A stretch of 64,000 bases of DNA from positions 233,889-297,888 of the forward strand of contig CAWCRS010000009.1 in assembly GCA_963798085.1 (NCBI GenBank). Reading direction: 5' to 3'. Both the position numbers and the translations under genes were made by a program. Under the pieces are notes generated by a model. The model was not told where the DNA came from. It was given only the letters and a program-made list of their open reading frames with translations, and made no database searches. Shown in pieces: positions 1 through 9,299 of this stretch; position 1 is the first letter of the stretch, and each line of letters starts with the position of its first letter. Source of the DNA: an uncultured Gemmatimonadales bacterium. GTDB lineage: Bacteria > Gemmatimonadota > Gemmatimonadetes > Longimicrobiales > RSA9.

Positions 1-19
1 CGTGTTAGTAGTGGAAACT

Positions 20-48
20 GCGTTGCCCCGGCAACCAGCCCCGGCAAC
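20..48. repeat. partial copy of GC-rich intergenic repeat family A
   Basis: The sequence gcgttgccccggcaaccagccccggcaac lies just downstream of the permease stop at 65. The same CCCGrGCAACCAGCCCCrGCAAC core recurs at 10981-11004, 15435-15461, 25261-25308 and 58425-58447. Confidence 0.6.
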
Positions 49-64
49 ACAGTTCTCCAAGACA

Positions 65-2768
65 CTATTCCGACCTCAGCGTCCGCGCCGGTTCCGTGGC
101 AGCCGCGCGCCAGCCGGGGACCAGGCAGGCCAGTACAGCGACGATCAGCGTGCCCGCGAACACTGCTGTCAGCGTCGCCGGATCGCCCGGCTTCACGCCG
201 AAGAGCAGGGTGCGCAGCAGCCGGCTGGCGGCCAGCGCGCCCGCCACGCCCAGTACGGCGCCCCCGAGGCCCAGCCACACGCCCTCGCGCAGCACCATGA
301 GCAACACAGCGCGCGGGCGCGCGCCCAGCGCCAGCCGGATGCCGATCTCGCGCCGCCGGTGATTCACCGCCCACGAGAGAATGCCGTAAATGCCAATGGC
401 CGCAAGCGTGAGCGCCAGCCCGGCAAATACGGCAAGCACGAACATGACCAGGCGAGGCGGATCGGCGGGGGCGGCCAGCACGTGCTGCAGTGGCTGCGCA
501 TCCGCCAGCGGCAGCGTCGGATCGATGCGGTGGACTTCTGCGCTCAGTGTGCGCAGCAGCGAAGCGGCATCGCCCGCGCCCCGCACGTAGAGGTGCATTC
601 TGAGGAATGGGAACTGCCGGAACGTGAAGAAGACCGCTGGCTCGGGAGCGCTCGCTAATGACGTGTTCATGACGTCGCGCACCACACCGATGATCTGGTG
701 GTCGCGCGCGGGCTTGATGCGCTGACCCAGTGGGCCAATGGCGACCGTCACAATGTCGATGTGCCGGCCAATGGGGTCCTGATCCGCGAAATACCGCCTC
801 GCCAGCGCTTCGTTGATCACCACCACGGAGGGGCGCGTGCTGTCGTCCTGCGCCTCGAACGTGCGACCACGCACCAGCGGCACACGCAGCGCCTCGAACC
901 AGCCTTCATCCACCGTGTGAAACTGCGCTTCGGGTTCCTTGCCCTCCACGACGGGTTCACCCGGCAGCAGGAACGTCGAGCGCCAGCCCGGCTGCAGCGG
1001 CAGGAAATTCGAGGTGGCCGCCGCGCCGATCTGCGGCTGCTGGCGCAGATTCGTGAGCAGCGCGTCGTAGAAGCGCACTACCGCGCCCCAGTCCTTGTAG
1101 GTGCCGCCCGGCAGTGAGAGATCGGCTGTCGCCACCGAGGTCGGGATCGAGACCCGAATTCACGTGCAGCATGCTCGCCACGCTGCGGATCAGCAGCGAC
1201 GCGCCCGAGAGCAGCATCACGGCGAGCGCGACTTCCGCCGCCACCAGCAGACTGCGCATGCGGCCGCCCGCGCCGCCGCTGCCCGCGCCGCGCGAGGCGC
1301 GCAACGCGTTGCGCATGTGCGTGCGCGAGAGCACGAACGCGGGCGCCAGACCGAAGGCCAGCGCCGTCGCCACCGAGAGCAGCAGCGCGAAACCCAGCAC
1401 GCTCGCGTTGACACCCACCTGCTCCGCGCGCGGAATCTCGACCGGCGTCCACGCCAGGAAAGCGCGTACGCCGCCCACGGCCACCAGCGTGCCCAGCAGC
1501 GCGCCCGCCCCGGCCAGCAGCAGGCTCTCGATGAGCAGCTGGCCCAGCAGGCGCAGCCGGCTGGCGCCCAGCGCCGAGCGCACCGCCACCTCCGTGGTCC
1601 GCGCCGTGGCCCTCGCCAACAGCAGGTTAGCCACGTTGATGCACGCGATCAGCAGCAGCAGGCCGGCCGCGCCCAGCAGCACCAGCAGCGCCGGCCGGAA
1701 CACGCCCGTCACCTCGACGTCCAGCGGCGTGGCGCGCACGCCCCGGCCCAGGTTGCTGTCGCGATACTCCCGCTCCAGCCGCGTGCCCAGCGCCGCCAGC
1801 TCCGCGTTGGCCCGCTCCAGCGTCACGCCCGGCCGCAGCCGCGCCACTGCCTGCATGAAGTGCGCGTAGCGTGAGTGCGCGGCCAGATTCCAGCTCAGCC
1901 GCCGCCAGACGTCGGTCGTTTCGGGGAACTGGAAGCCCGGCGGCATCACGCCCACGATCGTGAAGGGCCGGCCGTTCAGCCGCACCGTGCGGCCCAGCAC
2001 CGTCTGCGCGCCCGCGAACCGCGTCCGCCAGAGGCGATGGCTGATCACCACTTCGCTCTCGTTGCCGTACAGCGTCGAATCGCGCGGGAACGCACGCCCC
2101 ACGGCCGGATGCACGCCCAGCACGTCGAAGAAATTCTCCGAAACCTCGATCGTCGAGACGCGGATGGGCTCGCCCGCGTCATCCGCCAGGTTGTACTCGG
2201 GACGCCACCACGCCGCGGCATCCTCGAACACGCGGTCCAGCCCGCGATAGTCGAGGAAATTCACCGGCGAGATCGGCTCGTGCGTCAGCGACTTCGGCCG
2301 GTTCGTCTCCCACAGCATCACCAGCCGGTCCGGCTGCGCGAACGGCAGCGGCCGCAGCACCACGCCCTCTACCACGCTGAACACCGCGGTTCCGGCTCCC
2401 GTGCCCAGACCCAGGGTCAACACCGCCGCCGCCGTGAACGCCGGTGTTCGCAGCAGCCCGCGCATGCCCTGTCGCGTGTCCCGCCACACCGCATCCAGCA
2501 GTCGATCCGCCATGCTCCGCCTCCGCCGTGGGTCCGGTTCGCGATTCCCGCCCGCCGCCAGCGCCGCCTGACGCGTCGCCCGGCGCAGCGCCAGCGGCCG
2601 CGATCGCAGCACCTCCAGCCAGTACCACGCGTGCGCCGCCCGCCGCCCGCGCTCCCGCAGCACCACCGCGTAGCGCTCCGCCAGGTCGCCCGTGAACGAC
2701 GCCCGCAACGACTCCGGCAGCCACTGCTCGATCAGCCATCGCGCCATGCCTGGCGGTGTGCCGCGCAC
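65..2768 (-). pseudogene. ADOP-type duplicated FtsX/MacB-like ABC permease, reading frame broken once near 1137-1150
   Basis: Overlapping minus-strand ORFs 957..2768 and 65..1135 together give one ~900-aa protein. It has a prefix helix ([14 protein letters not shown]), TM1, a MacB-like periplasmic domain and an FtsX 4-TM block, followed by a second periplasmic domain plus FtsX block ending EPARTLRSE. A GGAGG lies 8 nt upstream of the GTG at 2768. The junction ...[11 protein letters not shown] / [16 protein letters not shown] needs a 1-nt shift. Confidence 0.8.
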
Positions 2769-2809
2769 GTCGATTGCCTCCGTCCGTGGTGCGTATGACG
2801 ATTATTTTG

Positions 2810-2850
2810 ACATCGTCGATTATACCAAGGGTTGCATCCCGCCACCACGC
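2810..2850 (-). promoter_or_regulatory. putative extended -10 promoter (TGgTATAAT) for the permease gene
   Basis: On the minus strand, CCTTGGTATAATCGACG has its TATAAT at 2824..2819 with TG two nt upstream. This is about 50 nt upstream of GTG 2768 and of the GGAGG at 2781..2777. It sits in an AT-rich island in otherwise ~70% GC DNA. The -35 element is poor (TGGTGG). Confidence 0.4.
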
Positions 2851-3014
2851 TGGCCCTTGCACGCACTGCGCCACGCCCGTTCCTTGGTGTGGGCGACGAC
2901 GTGGCCTCCGGGTTCCGGCGCCGGCCGCAGGCGGCGCCTCGGTCCGCCATCGGGCGAGGGAGCGACGGTGGGGCAGGCCAATGTCCGGCCGCCGCGCGAT
3001 CACACGCACAACGG

Positions 3015-3626
3015 ATGGGCGAGATGAGCCGTTACGATTTCCTGATCGATACCTACGACACGGAGCGCATCAAGACGTTGAGCATCTGGTCGCAGTTCGA
3101 CGATGCGGACCTGGAGTTCCGGCCCGAGCCGCGTGCGCGCACGCCGCACGAGCACATGGTGCACCAGTGCGTGGGCGAGGACCTGTGGATGCGCAGCATG
3201 CTGGGCATCGAGCTGAGCGAACCGGCGCTGCCGCAGGCGGAGGGGCGCCTCGACTTCATTCGCCGCTACGCACGCTCCTCGGCGCAGCGCGCGGAGCAGC
3301 TGCGTCGCATGACGTACGCGTGGTGGGAGCAGACCACGCAGTTCTTCGACGTGGAGCGTTCGCGTGCGTGGGTGCTGACGCGGCGCATCGCGCACACCGC
3401 GCATCATCGCGGGCAGCTGACCACGTACCTGCGCCTGCTGGGGCGGGACCTGTACTCGACGTACGGCCCGACCGCGGACACGGGCGGTCTGCTGCAGAAC
3501 CAGGCGCACGTCATCTACCGCTACGCATCGATCGACGAGCTGCTGCAAGCGGAAGCGACGGGTGGTCGTCATCGGCCGTTGCCCGGTCCGGGCGCGAAGA
3601 ACCCGACCGAACGCCCGCGCGGCTGA
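3015..3626 (+). CDS. DinB-family (DinB_2-like four-helix bundle) protein
   Basis: ATG at 3015 inside ORF 2832..3626. The sequence MGEMSRYDFLIDTYDTERIKTL...HMVHQCVGEDLW...RRIAHTAHHRGQLTTYLRLLG shows the spaced His triad pattern typical of the DinB/YfiT superfamily. Confidence 0.75.
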   Translation: MGEMSRYDFLIDTYDTERIKTLSIWSQFDDADLEFRPEPRARTPHEHMVHQCVGEDLWMRSMLGIELSEPALPQAEGRLDFIRRYARSSAQRAEQLRRMTYAWWEQTTQFFDVERSRAWVLTRRIAHTAHHRGQLTTYLRLLGRDLYSTYGPTADTGGLLQNQAHVIYRYASIDELLQAEATGGRHRPLPGPGAKNPTERPRG

Positions 3627-3690
3627 CGCGCTGCGCTCCTTACACGGAATCGAGGCGACCGTCCTGGCCCGCACGCCGCTGTTCCGACTG

Positions 3691-5310
3691 GTGCGCCGCG
3701 CACTGGCGCAGGCGGGCGCGGCCAACCGTGCGGATCGGACGACGGCCGAATTCCTGGAGCAGCAGCGCGCGCAGGCGCTTGCGCCCATCACGCGCCGTCG
3801 CTTCGTCGGCATCTCCGCGGCGGGTGCGGCCGCGACACTGGCCGGCTGCGCCACGACAGGGGCGGGCCGCGCGCCACGTTCGGACCCCGTGCTCATTGTC
3901 GGCGCCGGCATTGCCGGGCTGACGGCTGCGCAGCGACTGCGCCAGGCCGGTGTTCCGGTGCGCGTATTCGAAGCACAGAATCGCGTGGGCGGGCGCATGT
4001 TCAGCCTGCGCGACTTCTTCGCCGACGGGCAGGTGTGCGAGCTGGGCGGCGAGCTGATCGACACGAACCACGCGCACATCCGCGCGCTCGCCGCCGAGCT
4101 GGAGCTGCCGCTCGATGATCTGTCGCAGGAGGCGCCGGATGTGGCCACGGACTTCTGGTATTTCGGCGGCGCGCGGCGCACGGAGATCGAGCTGGTCGAT
4201 GGCTTCCGCCCCATGGCCGCGCGCCTGGCCGCCGATAATGATACGTTAGGCGGCGACGTCACCTGGCGTACCCCCGTGCATGCCGCCGCCCTGGACCGGC
4301 TCACCATTGACGAGTGGCTGGAGCGCAACGACGTGAACGGCTGGCTGCGCGACCTCTTCCGCGTCGCCTACACGACCGAGTACGGCCTGGAGACGGACCA
4401 GCAGTCCGCGCTCAACCTGCTGCTGCTGATCGACAGCGATCCCTCGCCGTTCCGCATCTTCGGCGAGAGCGATGAGCGCTTCCACGTGCGCGGCGGCAAT
4501 GACAGCATACCGCGCCGGCTCGCGGAACGGCTCGAGGACGCCATCGAGCCGGCCACCGTGCTGGAGGCCGTGCGCGTGCGTGCCGGTGGCGACATCGTGT
4601 GCAGCTTCAAGCGGAACAGCGGCGGCTTCGACGCGGCCTCGCCGGATGTCATTCTCGCGCTGCCGTTCACGTTGTTGCGTCAGGTGCGCATCGATGCCGT
4701 GCTGCCTCCCGCCAAGCGCCGCGTCATCGACGAGCTGGGCTACGGCACCAACGCCAAACTCATGGTTGGGTTTTCCAGCCGGCTCTGGCGCGAGCGCTAT
4801 CGCTCGAACGGCAGCGTCTTCAGTGATCTGCCCTTCCAGCTGACCTGGGAGACCAGTCGCGCACAGCCGGGCGCGGCCGGCATCCTCACGAATTTCACGG
4901 GCGGGCATCACGGTGAGGAGCTGGGCGCCGGCACACCCGCCGCGCGTGCCGCCGACCTGGTGCGCGACCTCGAGCACGTGTTCCCCGGCATCGCGGCGCA
5001 GCGCGCGGGCATGCGGGAAGTGCGCATGCACTGGCCCACGCATCCGTGGACGCAGGGCAGCTACTCCTGTTATCGGCCGGGACAGTGGACCGCGTTCCGC
5101 GGGATCGAAGGGGAGCCCGTGGGCCGGCTGTATTTCGCAGGTGAACACTGTTCGCTCGCGGCGCAGGGATTCATGGAAGGCGGGTGCGAGACGGGTGAAC
5201 GTGTGGCGCGGGAAGTGTTGCGCGCGCGTGGCAGACGCGTGGGTGCAAAGTCTCGGCGAGGCCTGCTGCTGGCCGGCACGCGGGCAGTAATGGGGCGAGT
5301 CACAGCTTGA
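3691..5310 (+). CDS. FAD-dependent amine oxidase (flavin monoamine oxidase family) with Tat signal and lipobox
   Basis: The ORF is 3562..5310, but its 5' end overlaps DinB, so the start is probably GTG 3691 (uncertain). Twin-arginine motif ITRRRFVGISAAGAAATLAGC. Dinucleotide-binding motif VLIVGAGIAGLTAA...RVFEAQNRVGGR. C-terminal FAGEHCS motif typical of amino-oxidase family proteins. Confidence 0.85.
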   Translation: MRRALAQAGAANRADRTTAEFLEQQRAQALAPITRRRFVGISAAGAAATLAGCATTGAGRAPRSDPVLIVGAGIAGLTAAQRLRQAGVPVRVFEAQNRVGGRMFSLRDFFADGQVCELGGELIDTNHAHIRALAAELELPLDDLSQEAPDVATDFWYFGGARRTEIELVDGFRPMAARLAADNDTLGGDVTWRTPVHAAALDRLTIDEWLERNDVNGWLRDLFRVAYTTEYGLETDQQSALNLLLLIDSDPSPFRIFGESDERFHVRGGNDSIPRRLAERLEDAIEPATVLEAVRVRAGGDIVCSFKRNSGGFDAASPDVILALPFTLLRQVRIDAVLPPAKRRVIDELGYGTNAKLMVGFSSRLWRERYRSNGSVFSDLPFQLTWETSRAQPGAAGILTNFTGGHHGEELGAGTPAARAADLVRDLEHVFPGIAAQRAGMREVRMHWPTHPWTQGSYSCYRPGQWTAFRGIEGEPVGRLYFAGEHCSLAAQGFMEGGCETGERVAREVLRARGRRVGAKSRRGLLLAGTRAVMGRVTA

Positions 5311-5342
5311 CGCGCCCGGCTCGACCCGGTATCCATCGGCTC

Positions 5343-5789
5343 ATGCTGAACGCACGGGTTCGCTGGCGTGCACGCTGTCTGCGCATGGCACTGGGTGCGG
5401 CCTTCCTGGTCCGCCCCCTCGTCATGCAGCCGTTCATGATGGCGGACAATGCCGCCGCCATGGCGGGCGGCAGCATGGCACGGCATGCGGGCACGATGCC
5501 GGGCATGGATCCGATGCGCGCGCCCGCCGCAACACCGGCGGCGCACGAGCACGACGGCTCGGACCACGGTCAGAGTCACGACCACGGCGGCGGCGACTGC
5601 TGCTGCCCCGCATGCGTCGGCGCCTGCGCCCTGCTGGCGCCCGAAAACGCAGTCGATACCGCCGCGCGCGTTCCGTTCGCGCGTATCGTTGTTACGCCTG
5701 TCGGTCGCGCCACGGGCCGCCGGCTGCCTCGCCGGGCGATTCGCTACCTGCTCCCTCTCGCCATTGGTCCCCCAGCGCTCCACGCCTGA
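5343..5789 (+). CDS. hypothetical Met/His/Cys-rich protein (DUF2946-like, putative metal binding)
   Basis: ATG at 5343 inside the TTG-initiated ORF 5307..5789. N-terminal hydrophobic segment, then MQPFMMADNAAAMAGGSMARHAGTMPGMDPM, HEHDGSDHGQSHDHGGGDCCCPACVGACALL, and a tail LLPLAIGPP. It lies immediately upstream of a TonB-dependent receptor. Confidence 0.55.
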   Translation: MLNARVRWRARCLRMALGAAFLVRPLVMQPFMMADNAAAMAGGSMARHAGTMPGMDPMRAPAATPAAHEHDGSDHGQSHDHGGGDCCCPACVGACALLAPENAVDTAARVPFARIVVTPVGRATGRRLPRRAIRYLLPLAIGPPALHA

Positions 5790-5903
5790 TCACGACTGAG
5801 GGGACGCCTCCCGCGTCCGCCTGTGCCGGCGGTCGTTTCCGTCGTGCACACAACAGTGATTTTCGAGCAATAAAATGTCGCCTCGAACAGCGTGGAGATC
5901 AGC

Positions 5904-7928
5904 ATGCCATTGCGATCGCCGTTTCTCGTGCTGCTGCTGCTGGCGCCGTGCGTACCGCACGCACTCGCCGCGCAGGTGCCGCCACCTGTACGCCGGGACA
6001 CCATGCATCAGCACGGTGACTCGCTGTCCCGGCCCGTCGTGCCGCTGCGCGAAATCACCGTGGCCGCCACTCGCGCACGCCGCGACGAGCCCATGGGCGC
6101 GACGCAGGTCACGCCGCTGGAGCTGCAGCGTACGCCCTCGATCGACACTTATGAGCTGCTGCGCCAGACTGCGGGCCTCGAGGTGCACGACCAGGGACAG
6201 GGCCCCGGCTTTGCCTCCGATGCTTCCCTGCGTGGCTTCAGCTCCGACCATTCCACCGACCTCGCGCTCTGGATCGACGGCGTGCCCATCAACGAGCCGG
6301 TGAACGGCCACGCCGAGGGCTACAACGACTGGAACCTGCTCTTCCCGGAGGCCGTGAGCAGCATTGACGTGATCAAGGGCCCGTCCAGTCCGCTCTATGG
6401 TAATTTCGCGTTAGCGGGCGCCGTCAACGTGCGTACCCTCGAGCGCATGCAGGGCAGCCGCGCCTGGCTCTCGGGCGGCGCATACGGCCGCGCCGAAGGC
6501 GGTCTCATGGCGGGTTTCGATCACGGCACGTCGGGCGGCGTGTTCGGGTTCCGTGGCCAGCGGGAGGACGGCTGGCGCCCCAACAGCCGCAATACGCTGG
6601 GCCAGGGCCATGCCCGTCTGGTGCAGGCGCTTTCCGCCAGCACCACGCTGGATGCCGGCCTCGAGCTGTACGGCGCCGGCTGGGACTCGCCCGGCTTCCT
6701 GACACTCGACCAGTTCAATGACAACCAGTTCGATCTCGTGTCCGATCCCACCGATGGCGGTTACAAGCGGCACGCGCAGGAGCGCGTCAGCCTGCGCACG
6801 CTGCTGCCCGACGGTGTGCTGTGGCGCACGACGCTCTACGGCACGCAGGGTCGCTGGCAGCTGTTCCTCACCACGCCGCCCGAAGGCGGCGGCGAAGAGG
6901 GCACCGGCAGTCAGACCGAAGAAGAAGATCATCGCTACGGTTTCGGCCTGACCAGCGCGCTGACCACCGTGCGCGGTCGCGTGGAAGCCACGGCCGGTGT
7001 GGAAGGACGCTGGGATCACTCCGACTACGAGAACTGGCTGACCACGCACCGCGTGCGTGACGAAGCGCAGGCCGATGTGGTGGCGCACCAGGTTTCGGGT
7101 GCGGCGTTCGTCGAAAGCCTCATCGACGTGACCCGGCATTTCCGACTCACCGCCGGCGGCCGCTACGATGTGCTCGGCACGCGCTCCACGCCACAGGGCG
7201 CGACCGAAACGCTGAGTGACACGAAGGCCCTGCTCTCACCCAAGCTGGGTGCACTGCTGCACCTGCGCCACGGAGCCGAGCTCTACGTCAATGCTTCGCG
7301 CGGCTTCCGTCAGACGGATGGCGTGATCGACGACCCGACACTGCCGTTCATCACGGCGTGGGCGTACGAGAGCGGCCTGAAGCTGGACGCCGGCCGCGTA
7401 AGCGCCGATGTCGCCCTGTTCCGCATGGATGTGAGCAACGAGCAGACATTCGACCCGATAACACTTGCGTCGACGAGTGGCGGACGCAGCCGCCGGCAGG
7501 GTGTCGAGCTGGGACTGCGCGCCGATCTCTCCGATGCGCTGTCGCTGGATGGCGACTGGACCTTCAACGACGCGAAGTACCGCGAGCTGGTCACCGAAGA
7601 CGGCGACACGCTTTCCGGCGCACGCGTCTTCAACACCGCCAAGTACGTCGGCTCGGCGGCGCTGCAGCTGGAGCCTCCCGCATCCATCTGGAACGTGCGC
7701 CTGGGCACAAACGTGGTCGGGCCGTACACGCCGTTCGATGAGCCCGGCACCGTGGTCTCCGCCTACGGGCTGCTGCACGTGAGTGGGGGCGTACGCATCC
7801 AGCGCGCGCTGCTCGAACTGGGTGTGCGCAACATGCTGGATCACAAATACGCCGAGCTGCGCGCGGGTGGCTTCGTTTCGCCCGGACAGCCACGCTCCGT
7901 GTATGCCACGCTGCGGTACGCGTTCTAG
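5904..7928 (+). CDS. TonB-dependent outer-membrane receptor
   Basis: Signal peptide MPLRSPFLVLLLLAPCVPHALAAQ. Plug domain (ITVAATRARRDE...GLEVHDQGQGPGFASDASLRGFSSDHSTDLALWIDGVPINEP...IDVIKGPSSPLYGNFALAGAVNV). Long beta-barrel ending in the terminal motif YATLRYAF. Confidence 0.92.
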   Translation: MPLRSPFLVLLLLAPCVPHALAAQVPPPVRRDTMHQHGDSLSRPVVPLREITVAATRARRDEPMGATQVTPLELQRTPSIDTYELLRQTAGLEVHDQGQGPGFASDASLRGFSSDHSTDLALWIDGVPINEPVNGHAEGYNDWNLLFPEAVSSIDVIKGPSSPLYGNFALAGAVNVRTLERMQGSRAWLSGGAYGRAEGGLMAGFDHGTSGGVFGFRGQREDGWRPNSRNTLGQGHARLVQALSASTTLDAGLELYGAGWDSPGFLTLDQFNDNQFDLVSDPTDGGYKRHAQERVSLRTLLPDGVLWRTTLYGTQGRWQLFLTTPPEGGGEEGTGSQTEEEDHRYGFGLTSALTTVRGRVEATAGVEGRWDHSDYENWLTTHRVRDEAQADVVAHQVSGAAFVESLIDVTRHFRLTAGGRYDVLGTRSTPQGATETLSDTKALLSPKLGALLHLRHGAELYVNASRGFRQTDGVIDDPTLPFITAWAYESGLKLDAGRVSADVALFRMDVSNEQTFDPITLASTSGGRSRRQGVELGLRADLSDALSLDGDWTFNDAKYRELVTEDGDTLSGARVFNTAKYVGSAALQLEPPASIWNVRLGTNVVGPYTPFDEPGTVVSAYGLLHVSGGVRIQRALLELGVRNMLDHKYAELRAGGFVSPGQPRSVYATLRYAF

Positions 7929-8047
7929 CAGTCCGTAACCGGAATTTCCGCTACGGTCGAGCGCCGCGACTGGCGCCCGCGCGCCACGGGGCCGCATATA
8001 CAGGTGGAGACGGTCCACGGGCGGGTTCTCGACCATGCGGGGGCGCC

Positions 8048-9152
8048 ATGCGATTCAGCAGGTTGTTGTGCGGGGGGGCGGTACTGGCAGTGCTGGCGTG
8101 CAATCGCGTGCCTCGCCGTGACGGCAGAATCGAGCTGAACATCGGCTCGGGCGCGGGCGATGCGCCCGAGCGCATTGGCGAGGTATCAGGGCTCGCGCAG
8201 GACAGCGCGGGTCGCATTTGGATCGCCGAGCCGCTGGCCAGTGAAGTGCGGGTGTTCGGTCGCGACGGCGCTTTCCTGTTCGCCTTCGGCGGGCGAGGCG
8301 AGGCTCAGGGTCAGCTGGACACACCCTGCTGCATCAACTTCGACGCGCAGGGCCGGCTCTGGGTCCACGACGTGGGCAATGCCCGATACACGGTGTTTGC
8401 CCCGGGCGCATCCGGGGCGACACCGCTGTTCTCCGTTCCCAGCATCAAAGTCGATCGCACGTTCCGCGCACCCATCCGTTTCGATGCCCAGGGCCAGCTC
8501 ATCGATGTGCGCCCCGGCGCAGCCACGGGCGGTGGTGGCTTCCTGCTCTTCCGCGTCGACACCACGGGCGCCACGCACGGCTTCACGCAGATCCCCGATG
8601 CACCCTCCGACAGCCTGGGCGTGATAACACTGCGCAACCGTGGCGACCTGGTCTTCATCCATCTGCCCTTCGGGCCTCATCTGCTCGTCGCCTACGCGCC
8701 CGACGGCGGCTTCGCCCGCGCCCTTTCGCAGTACTATCGCGTGGCCTGGTACGACGCGCGCGCCACATTCCTGCGCCGACTCGAGGAAAGCGGGCACGGA
8801 CCCGTGCTGGAACAGGATCAGCGCACCGAGGCGGCCCGTCAGATCACCGCCGATGCGCGTCAGTCCGGCATGGACCCCGCCGAGCTGGCCGCGGTCGTAC
8901 CGCTGCGCAACCAGAATGCTGGCCGGCCTCTGGTTCGACCGCGCCGGCCAGTTGTGGGTCGAGCGCGTCGCACGCGTGGGCCAGCCCCGCCATGCCGACG
9001 TGTACGATCCGTCGGGTAACAAGGTGTTTACGGCAAGGTGGCCGAAGGAAGTGGATTTCTCGAAAGTGAACTGGATGGGCGCGGACTACGCACTCGGCAT
9101 CATGCCTGACACCACCGGCATCACGCACGTCGTGCGCGTCGTCTGGCATTGA
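8048..9152 (+). pseudogene. beta-propeller (NHL-like) lipoprotein, frame broken near 8913
   Basis: ORF 8048..9019 has a signal/lipobox (AVLAVLACN) and repeated propeller strands (GRIWIAEP, GRLWVHDVGN). It continues in ORF 8640..9152 from MLAGLWFDRAGQLWVERV... to ...HVVRVVWH. The junction PLRNQ / MLAGLWFD needs a 1-nt shift. Confidence 0.7.
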
Positions 9153-9299
9153 ACCCGCGGCGCACGAACCCGCGGGCTGATCCCCGCTGCCGTAGCGGCA
9201 GCAACAGCGGTCCCGGTTCCTGTCCGTTGCGTCGACAGCGCGCCATCAGGTGAAGTCGGCAGGCGACGCGCTGCCGACAGTGTGACGCCCGGCGCAGCC

